Positions 9,001 through 15,575 of a DNA stretch of 45,869 nt are shown here, one piece after another. The stretch is from a virus, in IMG/VR virus record IMGVR_UViG_3300045988_123909; one strand, written 5' to 3'. Under the pieces are notes generated by a model. It made no database searches. It was not told where the DNA came from and was given only the letters and a program-made list of their open reading frames with translations. The position numbers and the translations under genes were made by a program. Numbering within the stretch: position 1 is the stretch's first letter; each line of letters opens with the position of its first letter.

Positions 9001-10068
9001 ATCGATTAACTTCTGTTTTACGCCATCCTTACAGAGCTGACCGTAGCTGTCTGGATCATATCCCTTCGGCAAGCGAACGCACCTGACGCTCGCTCCTGCC
9101 GTCAATAACAGTTCACTATTCTTGACGGCAGCCTTAATCCCTGCGCTGTCCGCATCGTAGATCATTACAACAGACTGAGTGAAGCGCATAATGAGTTTTA
9201 CCTGGTCATCGGTAAATGCTGTTCCCGATCCACCGATAACGTTCTCGACCCCATATTTATGTAGAGTGACAACATCGAACTGCCCCTCTACGAGATAAGC
9301 AAAACCCTCTTTCGCTATCGCCCTTTTTGCTTGGAATAGTCCGAAAATATGCCGACCTTTTCTGAAAATGGGCGTCTCTCCGGTATTAACATATTTGCCA
9401 ACTTTATCGTTCGGAGTAACAATTCTTCCGGAAAACGCAACGACTCTTCCAGACACGTCGTAAAACGGGAACATTACGCGGTCTCTGAAGAAGTCATAGT
9501 TTCTCCCGTCTTGAGACTTGCCTACGACTCCAACATCTTCCAATATCTGCAGACTGTACCCATTCTCCACGAGATACTTCATCGCTACATTACCATTCGG
9601 AGCATAGCCCACTCCATATTCTGCAAGCACCTTATCTGTATAATCGTAACCGCGTTTTTTAAGGAAGCTCTCCGCTTGCGAGATATTGCCCTGGTAGAAC
9701 TTTGCGGCAGCAGCAATGGCTATACGACGAGACTCAAGCAATTTATACGCAGCGTTTTCTTCCGGAGTAGATTCTTGTTCCGGAAACTCAACATCAGCGA
9801 GCTTGCAAGCTATTCGCAATGCCTCGTTAAAAGTTATCTGGTTGTATTTCTGCAGAAAGTCCAGAACGTCTCCATGCTCACCACACACGAAACAATGGTA
9901 CGTCTGTCTAGCCTTATTAACCATCATAGAAGGATGACTATCATTATGGAACGGACAGATACCCTTGTAGTTAATGCCCGCCTTCTGAAGATTAATATAG
10001 GCGCCTATCACATCAACAATATCAAGTTTACTCTTGACATCGCTAATGAAGTCTGAGTTGATTTTCAT
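6079..10068 (-). CDS. DNA primase (DnaG-type CHC2 zinc finger + TOPRIM) fused to a P-loop NTPase/helicase domain
   Basis: N-terminal CPFHNDSHPSMMVNKARQTYHCFVCGEHGD is a CHC2 zinc finger. TOPRIM motifs are LVEGQFDVVTL and MIYDADSAG. C-terminal Walker A is GPMSSGKTQ and Walker B is VVLDEYNN. Confidence 0.85.
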   Translation of the reverse strand: MKINSDFISDVKSKLDIVDVIGAYINLQKAGINYKGICPFHNDSHPSMMVNKARQTYHCFVCGEHGDVLDFLQKYNQITFNEALRIACKLADVEFPEQESTPEENAAYKLLESRRIAIAAAAKFYQGNISQAESFLKKRGYDYTDKVLAEYGVGYAPNGNVAMKYLVENGYSLQILEDVGVVGKSQDGRNYDFFRDRVMFPFYDVSGRVVAFSGRIVTPNDKVGKYVNTGETPIFRKGRHIFGLFQAKRAIAKEGFAYLVEGQFDVVTLHKYGVENVIGGSGTAFTDDQVKLIMRFTQSVVMIYDADSAGIKAAVKNSELLLTAGASVRCVRLPKGYDPDSYGQLCKDGVKQKLIDATETFPKAMKRMLVPRGCKDEATIASAMNTIANLVACVQDVGLRLEYMKSMTKDFDTKMTILEDKVRDIRRNVDSIKKEDMQQGIFGLDDLKDNLRNNEPAIVTSSIDTFMESYGDNPIVYIAGTPSATDIQNLRRICCYLATTEEGCSIDTTTGDDSSYLSALAEMFKAGISQIRVMHKDKVESFIDFYIRIHGDLLSGFLGDKVPIITRCIELTSYAEETVITVNKNHYCSKLGLSKGQFDEIRKPFVSKRKNVMKANALKDDLYDDDFDGDEVPSYAREGEYAQMFRECKYYPRLNKQGIPVCYMFQNKNGRGFSQVADFYMVPLLHIFNEDFEQNKRVLKVNRRYFDKPLYIEVLSSSLKKMSTIEDVLINYEGVNFMDGKEWQWRRIKEYMSRHFVQCREIQTYGNQQSEGMSRKTDEQFFAFANGIAHEDESGKYVFEKVNELGVVTHNHMNYYLPAFSTIYAGSGRQSDKYELISQLVYEDIPVNKQVTFEQWASLMNKVYKINDNGKWAIVFALMCAFRSNIHCLDRLFTAPFFMGPMSSGKTQIAISIRSLFISPTIPIFNLNTGTDAAMSTIMGTFRDVPVVLDEYNNKDISDTKFQALKGIVYDGDGKQKRRGTSGRDIENDKVFAPVVICGQETPQRDDNALMSRVIICEVPKPKNRTPEETKLFEELKNIEKNIGLSNVLLEVLSLRPAVMDHFRALKQEAYSELKSDVINSGEMDRLMKTASLFLGMVKLVEQYSKLKLPFTYDEFFALVQEKIKFQLSLIRSTDKLAMFFNAVNNMIDTKQVLVGREMLIEQPKSVTGKDSHGDKKTFGFDPGTHILFLRLSSVYSIYDRSGYNSENTTLSTLEQNLRSHPSYIGTVPSRRFAWEETVEVAKPDDQETMVRVRKERSTSTSAIIIDYDKFMEMYNIDFRRGEIPAESVALSTSGVNEEANTDINTQQYKPGSIPFDETDAGKNGDKPF

Positions 10069-10082
10069 ATTTCTTATTTTGT

Positions 10083-10469
10083 TTAGTCGAACAGATTGAG
10101 CTGTAGAGAATCGAATGCTTCAGATATCGTAATATTGAAGTATGCTGCCACAGCTTTATACTCTTCTGGTTTTATAGCCTTACGGCCGAAGAAAATATCC
10201 CAGTATCTTACTTGGTTAATACCAGTCTCCTTAAAAAAGAACTTGCTTGGATGGAAGTCCTCAAGATGACGGAAGCGACACTCAAGCAACTTCTTCAGGC
10301 GATTCTCCTTAACAACCTGATGTTTGTCGTCCAACCTATGGCGAAGCGCATATAATCGAACGGCCATTACGGAACGATTGAGTTGTCGTGCCATATCCTC
10401 AAGACTCATTCTTCCGTAATTCCCAACCAGGTATGCAATTTCGTTTTTGTTCCATTTTCTATTACTCAT
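10083..10469 (-). CDS. Hypothetical DNA-binding-like protein
   Basis: The track ORF starts with GTG at 10475; the ATG at 10469 (MSNRKWNK...) is more likely. The N-terminal W..EI..L...Y....IA..L.RS..AV pattern resembles a Myb/SANT-like or HTH region. Confidence 0.5.
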   Translation of the reverse strand: MSNRKWNKNEIAYLVGNYGRMSLEDMARQLNRSVMAVRLYALRHRLDDKHQVVKENRLKKLLECRFRHLEDFHPSKFFFKETGINQVRYWDIFFGRKAIKPEEYKAVAAYFNITISEAFDSLQLNLFD

Positions 10470-10578
10470 AATCACATATTGGTCTATTATTATACTCGAC
10501 GTATCTCTTTAATTTGAGACAGAACCAGCCATTAATGCAAGCTCTGCCTTCTTTGCAAATTGCGCATTTCTCATACAT
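10462..10578 (-). CDS. Small Cys-rich protein (38 aa), below the ORF-track length cutoff
   Basis: Hand translation: MYEKCAICKEGRACINGWFCLKLKRYVEYNNRPICDYE. The ATG lies 3 nt after the upstream stop. Its stop overlaps the next start as ATGAGTAA, so it appears translationally coupled on both sides. Confidence 0.45.
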   Translation of the reverse strand: MYEKCAICKEGRACINGWFCLKLKRYVEYNNRPICDYE

Positions 10579-10581
10579 AAG

Positions 10582-11136
10582 CTATTTTGTTTTTATATGC
10601 TCCAGGTAATATGCTGCCACCTGCGCTAGTGATCTTAGCTGGAGCTTAGCCTTAATATTCTCCCTATGCCGTTGTACGGTTTTTACAGATATATAAAGAC
10701 GGTCTGCGATCTCCTGGGCGCGCAAGCCTTTAGATATAAGTTCTACTATATCTAACTCACGATCAGTAAGCTTAGAGTCTAGTTTAGGCTTACAGATGAC
10801 ACCCTCCATCCTGCATTCGCCACGCAACGGGCACTTGACCTCCTCAAAATGAAAGAAACCGTCTGCGTCGATATCAGGAGTATGTGCATCATATTCGCCG
10901 AAATTACATCTGCAGAACCTAGATACAATGTTGAATTCGTATACCTTGCGATTTAGTTCGCTCGCCGTATACAGATCACACAGAGCCCTAAAGGTTTGAG
11001 GATATCTGGTTTTAATTAGGTCTAGCATCTCCTCGATAACTTCGCGGCTGTCGGCTGTAAGTTCCTGGACAGGTTTGCCCAGTTGCTTATACATAACATC
11101 ACCTTCTGGTGTATTGTAAAACTCGACTGACTCCAT
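10582..11136 (-). CDS. LuxR/FixJ-type HTH (sigma-70 region-4-like) transcription regulator with Cys-rich middle region
   Basis: C-terminal LTDRELDIVELISKGLRAQEIADRLYISVKTVQRHRENIKAKL is a textbook LuxR-type HTH. Upstream Cys cluster: CRCNFGEY...CPLRGECRMEGVIC. Confidence 0.8.
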   Translation of the reverse strand: MESVEFYNTPEGDVMYKQLGKPVQELTADSREVIEEMLDLIKTRYPQTFRALCDLYTASELNRKVYEFNIVSRFCRCNFGEYDAHTPDIDADGFFHFEEVKCPLRGECRMEGVICKPKLDSKLTDRELDIVELISKGLRAQEIADRLYISVKTVQRHRENIKAKLQLRSLAQVAAYYLEHIKTK

Positions 11137-11138
11137 AC

Positions 11139-11336
11139 TTACTCCTCCGGAAAAAGTTCGCTCTCCTGCATACCTAGATACTCAGCGACAATTCCTCTGC
11201 ATAGAGCGTTCGGCTTGGACTTGCCTTGAATCCATCTGTAGACGGAATTATTAGATACCTTGCATTTCTCCGCAAGTGCTTCTACAACCTTACAACGAGG
11301 GTATGGAAGACTCTTCATGTACTCACTAAAACCCAT
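11139..11336 (-). CDS. Cro/Excisionase-like small HTH protein
   Basis: 65 aa, containing KVSNNSVYRWIQGKSKP (HTH-like). Divergent from the CI-like gene. Confidence 0.55.
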   Translation of the reverse strand: MGFSEYMKSLPYPRCKVVEALAEKCKVSNNSVYRWIQGKSKPNALCRGIVAEYLGMQESELFPEE

Positions 11337-11418
11337 ATTTTTTAAAATTTTTGTTTGAAATCATCATTATGTGCGACATTTTTTGTATATTAGCACCGTG
11401 AAAATTATTAACACGCTG

Positions 11419-11470
11419 CAAATATACAACATTTCAGTGATACCACCAAACATTTCACTGATTATTTTTG
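11419..11470. promoter_or_regulatory. Divergent promoter/operator region of the lysis-lysogeny switch
   Basis: Minus-strand promoter is TTTG (11450-11447) - 20 nt - TATATTTG (11426-11419). Plus-strand -7 box is TATTTTTG (11463-11470). Two 13-nt repeats 21 nt apart: acatttcagtgat (11428-11440) and acatttcactgat (11449-11461). Confidence 0.55.
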
Positions 11471-11504
11471 TATTTTTCAGCATTTTGTTTGAAAATAAGA
11501 TATT

Positions 11505-11840
11505 ATGAGTACAGAAACAACAGCAGAAACTATCAATGAGCGCGTAAATAGCATCATTGAAAAAGAGGGTCACACCATCGCTACATTTGCTAAGAAAATC
11601 GGTGTGCCATGGACAACGATCAAAAACATCGTATCTGGGCGAAATGCTCCTAGTTACGATATTATCGTGAAGATCATTAACGCGGTAGATTGGGTTGATG
11701 CCAACTACCTGGTAATGGGTGAAGAACTCACGAAAGGTAATCAGGGAAACCTGTTGACAATCGTTGAGAGACAGAACAAGACTATCGAGAGCCAGCAGAA
11801 GACTATTGATAGGCTTACCAAAAAGATGTTAGAAAACTAA
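11505..11840 (+). CDS. XRE/CI-like HTH repressor
   Basis: N-terminal INERVNSIIEKEGHTIATFAKKIGVPWTTIKNIVSGRNAPSYD is an XRE-family HTH. Lies on the plus strand next to the integrase. Confidence 0.75.
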   Translation: MSTETTAETINERVNSIIEKEGHTIATFAKKIGVPWTTIKNIVSGRNAPSYDIIVKIINAVDWVDANYLVMGEELTKGNQGNLLTIVERQNKTIESQQKTIDRLTKKMLEN

Positions 11841-12293
11841 GATTTAATTGCACCGTTTTTGCGTAAAATGAGTTATTTTGCCAAACATTTGTTCTACAAC
11901 AATCACACAACTGTTTGAGCATCTGTAACTTGTTTGATACGCAACTCGGTGCATTTTCGGTGTTGTATATGTAAAAACCAGAAAAGCCCTAGTTGATTAT
12001 CAGGCAGTTATAACGTATCATGCCGGCATATAAAATCTGTTATTTTTTTCTAAAAATAGCGTAACTATTTGATATTTAAGAAATAAGAACAAAATAAAAC
12101 TAACTTACTCGGCGAAAAATCGGTGAAGATATAAAGAACTGCGCATGTAGGCGACATTATTGTTTTGTTTGATTATAGTAATGCAATAACATAAAAAAGA
12201 CGGATCCATGAAATATATCTTTGGACGGTGCGTTATATATATAATAAGGTATAATAATATTAACTAGGGCGTTTCACTAAGAAAATTAGAGAA

Positions 12294-13475
12294 ATGACCA
12301 AAAAAAATTATGTTTGCAAAAACAAAGAGAACATCCAAGAGATTATAGGATGGACTACCCCAAAGTTGCATCAGGCCTCTGAATGCTATGTCGCCTTCAA
12401 AGCTTTCGATCCTTCTTATGGAAAATTGCGACTAAAGAAAATTATGCTCGGACATATCACGGGCAAACGAAATCAGAGGGTATACGGTGAAGCTCTCATT
12501 AAGCGCATTACCCAGAAGCTTCTTGAAGGATGGAATCCATGGATAGAGGAATCCAACCGAGAAGAGTATTCCTTATTCGCTGATGTTTGTGGCAAATACA
12601 GAGTGTATCTAGCGAAAATGGTAAAAGAAGGTGGACTGAAGCCTGGCACTCGGCGCAACTATGAGGGTAAATTAGACTTCCTGCAAAAGTGGTTAAACGG
12701 CGATGAACATATTACTTATATATATCAGTTCAATAAAACTCTAATCAGTAAGTTCCTAGATTATGTACTGGTCGGACGAAATAATGCTCTAAGAACAAGA
12801 AATAATTATATCGGCTGGCTAAAGTCCTTCTCCAGCTATCTTGTCGAACGAGGATATATCCAGAAAAATCCAACTGACGGCATTAATGTAACGACGAAAC
12901 TACAGCATAAAAATCGAGACGTTATACCTAACGATGTCCTGCGACAGCTTAAATCCTACCTTGAGAAAGAAAACAAACACTTCCTGCTTGCATGCTATTT
13001 TCTCCACTATCTGTTCGTTCGCCCTGGAGAAATGTGCAGTCTGCGAATCAAGGATGTATCAATAAAGAAAAAGACGCTCTCTCTAAGCGGGGCTAACACT
13101 AAAAATGGTCGAGACGCCGTGGTTACTATCCCGAACCACGTTATCGAGCTGATGAAAGAGTTAGGCATATTCTCAAGACCTCAGAATTATTATATTTTCG
13201 GTAATAATTTTCGCCCAGGATTAGAAGCACTGAAGGCTAGGACCTTCTCGCTATATTGGGACAAAAACGTCAGAAAAGCACTAAATCTGAATGCTTCGTA
13301 TAAGTTTTATAGTCTCAAAGATACTGGCATAACTAATATGATAAAATCTAAAACAGACCTGCTGTCTGTTAGAGATCAGGCAAGGCATTCATCTGTCGAT
13401 ATTACCAATATATATACGCCACAGGACTGCAAAGAAGCAAACAGCGCACTTATCGACTATGAAGGTGTATTTTGA
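12294..13475 (+). CDS. int: Tyrosine recombinase / phage integrase
   Basis: 393 aa. N-terminal SAM-like region. Catalytic-region motifs FVRPGEM (Arg), ARHSSVDIT (His/Arg) and NIYT (Tyr). Confidence 0.85.
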   Translation: MTKKNYVCKNKENIQEIIGWTTPKLHQASECYVAFKAFDPSYGKLRLKKIMLGHITGKRNQRVYGEALIKRITQKLLEGWNPWIEESNREEYSLFADVCGKYRVYLAKMVKEGGLKPGTRRNYEGKLDFLQKWLNGDEHITYIYQFNKTLISKFLDYVLVGRNNALRTRNNYIGWLKSFSSYLVERGYIQKNPTDGINVTTKLQHKNRDVIPNDVLRQLKSYLEKENKHFLLACYFLHYLFVRPGEMCSLRIKDVSIKKKTLSLSGANTKNGRDAVVTIPNHVIELMKELGIFSRPQNYYIFGNNFRPGLEALKARTFSLYWDKNVRKALNLNASYKFYSLKDTGITNMIKSKTDLLSVRDQARHSSVDITNIYTPQDCKEANSALIDYEGVF

Positions 13476-13481
13476 TAAAAT

Positions 13482-13510
13482 GATTGTAGGAGATTTGCTC
13501 TCCTACAATC
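13482..13510. terminator. Perfect 11-bp hairpin between the convergent int and RT genes, built from the TCCTACAAT iteron motif
   Basis: gattgtaggag (13482-13492), 7-nt loop, ctcctacaatc (13500-13510). Further copies tcctact and ttcctacaaa follow up to 13526. Confidence 0.55.
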
Positions 13511-13518
13511 CTACTTTC

Positions 13519-14838
13519 CTACAAATCACGCGGATAGCACTCTACATGTATGCGCCCGTCGATGATGTACATCTCAAGTTCATAACCTTCGTCGAGCATT
13601 TTTGAAATTTCATTTTCCGTTGGAATATCTTTTCTCTCTTCTGTTTTATGATTCAATATTTCGTTTGCCATATTCTTATATTTCATATCAATATTATATC
13701 TTTTCTTGAGCTGTACAGACCTATAATGACCTTTAATTACAAAGAATTTCCATGCTTCCTCGTCTAGCTCATCCTTTATGATTTGTCTCTTCATTCCGTA
13801 TTCGTTGTAATGGCCGAAGATTCCCAGGTATGAATTAACCGACTGAATGGCATGGTTGATGGCTTCAATATCTCCATTTCTGGCAGCATCATTAAGCTTA
13901 CGTACAGACTTCCTGAAGTTGTTAATGGTATTGTTAACCGAGTATATTCTGTCTCGCTTAATGATAGCTCCAACAAACCTGACACCTTTAGAGTAATGCT
14001 GGAAATAAAATTTCTTCTCATTCAGCCGCAGGCCTAAAGATGCAAGCGTCTCCCTTATCATCGGCATCAGGCGAAAGAGCGTCTCTTTCCGTCTCGCCAC
14101 CAGAACCATATCATCTACGTATCTGACATGATGCTTGCAGTAATAATCTATCTTCCAATCGAGTTTCGATAACAGGAAGTTAGCAAAGAGCTGAGCAAAG
14201 AGGTTGCCGATAGCTACGCCTCTGTCTTCTCCATTCGTGAACAGAGACTTCTCTTTAGGCAGAAACTCCCAGAGATAATCGGCGCTTCTCTTCTCGCAAT
14301 CCTTCTCGGGATGGTGCATAACCACCGTATTGCATAGCCAACGGAGATCTTCCCTGTCATCCCCATGGTAATTCCTTACGATGAAATCATCTACCATCTT
14401 AGCAAGAAGCGGCTTATAGATGCTCATAAAGAATCCCTTCAGATCGATCCCCATCACGTAGGCATCTTCTGTATAATTCTCGCTCACTTCCATAATATCC
14501 TCCTGAAGCTGCCTGATACCAGCCAGCTGGCCCTTGCCTTTCCGGCAGTTGTATGTACGGTCAGAAAACTGAGACTCAAACAGGGGTTCGAGTCTCAGTG
14601 CGATATAGTGGTGGATAATGCGGTCACGAAACTGACCAGCGAACACTTCGCGGTAGCGAGGGTATCTAACAACAAAGCAGATAGATTTGCCAATCTTATA
14701 TTGACGTGAATTGATTTCATCGAGCAACTGAACGAGGTTACTCATATAGTTCATTTCAAATTCCGTAGCGCCGACTGTTTTCCGCTTATGACGGCGGCAG
14801 TCGAAATATGCTTCTAAGAGAATGCTAAAATCTATCAT
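13519..14838 (-). CDS. DGR reverse transcriptase
   Basis: RT motifs GIDLKGFFMSI, IGNLFAQLFANF and YVDDMVLV (YxDD). Immediately downstream of the TR and avd. Confidence 0.9.
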   Translation of the reverse strand: MIDFSILLEAYFDCRRHKRKTVGATEFEMNYMSNLVQLLDEINSRQYKIGKSICFVVRYPRYREVFAGQFRDRIIHHYIALRLEPLFESQFSDRTYNCRKGKGQLAGIRQLQEDIMEVSENYTEDAYVMGIDLKGFFMSIYKPLLAKMVDDFIVRNYHGDDREDLRWLCNTVVMHHPEKDCEKRSADYLWEFLPKEKSLFTNGEDRGVAIGNLFAQLFANFLLSKLDWKIDYYCKHHVRYVDDMVLVARRKETLFRLMPMIRETLASLGLRLNEKKFYFQHYSKGVRFVGAIIKRDRIYSVNNTINNFRKSVRKLNDAARNGDIEAINHAIQSVNSYLGIFGHYNEYGMKRQIIKDELDEEAWKFFVIKGHYRSVQLKKRYNIDMKYKNMANEILNHKTEERKDIPTENEISKMLDEGYELEMYIIDGRIHVECYPRDL

Positions 14839-14871
14839 TTTAATATCTGTCTGCTTGTATCTTCTTAATTT

Positions 14872-14984
14872 AATGCTGACACCGGGCGAACATGATTCTT
14901 ATCCTTAACCTTATTGTTCCAGTTGTTGAGGTTGCCGTCGCCAAAGTTCAGATTCCACGCGTTCGCAGGACTGTTCTCGGTTGA
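14872..14984 (-). repeat. DGR template repeat (TR)
   Basis: Gap-free alignment to 15586..15698. The 17 mismatches all fall at TR adenines on the coding strand. The TR reads AAC/AAT-rich in the VR frame. Confidence 0.9.
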
Positions 14985-15104
14985 CGCCGCAAATTTCTTG
15001 TTCTTAACTATATATGATAGGATGCGGCCCATTTAATTAAGAAAGGTTGCTCTCTCGGCTTGACGTATCTCGCCGACCCTGGCTTAAATCACTCAAGCTG
15101 TAGT

Positions 15105-15500
15105 CTACTGTCTGGAACTCATCTCAGCAGCCTGCGCTCTAAGGAGTGATCCTTTCCATGCTGTGCATTGTTTTCCGACGTCCTCTCTCAAACGAAGGAG
15201 GTTCGCGAGTCTGTTTGTACCCATTATCCACCTTTGTTCTCCAGCAACATCTATCAAGGTCGATATGACTTCGAGATTGGTTTGAAGTTGAGCGAGATGT
15301 TCGATACGAACACTCAGATCGCTGAGCATATACGCTTTGGCGATATGATTCAGACTATCAATAAGCATATTACATAGTCTGTCTCCAAAAATCGGACGTT
15401 GTGACTTTGGAAAATTCTTAACCACACCTATAGTTATATCAAGCATCTGCTTTACATCTAGATATATTCTCGTTTTACTTGCCAACCTTGTCGCTGCCAT
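15105..15500 (-). CDS. avd: Avd-like accessory variability determinant (four-helix-bundle / 23S rRNA IVS protein family)
   Basis: 131 aa, all-helical and basic. The pattern NFPKSQRPIFGDRLCNMLIDSLNHIAKAY is typical of this family. Located between the target gene and the TR. Confidence 0.8.
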   Translation of the reverse strand: MAATRLASKTRIYLDVKQMLDITIGVVKNFPKSQRPIFGDRLCNMLIDSLNHIAKAYMLSDLSVRIEHLAQLQTNLEVISTLIDVAGEQRWIMGTNRLANLLRLREDVGKQCTAWKGSLLRAQAAEMSSRQ

Positions 15501-15530
15501 ATTTCCTTGTTTTAAATACTCTACTGGAGA

Positions 15531-15554
15531 TGTCCTCGACTTTAAGGTCGAGGA
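15531..15554 (-). promoter_or_regulatory. Hairpin downstream of the VR (gtcctcgac - 6 nt - gtcgaggac): DGR target-recognition stem-loop and/or terminator
   Basis: 9-bp perfect stem, about 30 nt 3' of the VR end and the stop codon on the coding strand. Confidence 0.5.
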
Positions 15555-15575
15555 CGATTAACTATTAACTACTAA

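Noticed and set aside
9349-10056. 235-aa plus-strand ORF, plus several 60-170-aa ORFs antisense within the primase-helicase gene
   Set aside because: They are embedded in a motif-supported 1329-aa gene and have atypical composition. They are shadow ORFs.
11841-12293. 450-bp AT-rich non-coding region upstream of the integrase, as the attP site
   Set aside because: This is the expected position for attP. However, I could not identify a core sequence, a tRNA-gene fragment or arm-type repeats by eye, so no feature is reported. Comparison with host genomes or prophage junctions would be needed.
13519-14838. The RT could have been a retron or group II intron reverse transcriptase
   Set aside because: An adjacent Avd-like gene and a TR/VR pair with adenine-only mismatches identify a DGR. 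No msr/msd-like inverted repeats or intron domain V/VI structures were seen nearby.
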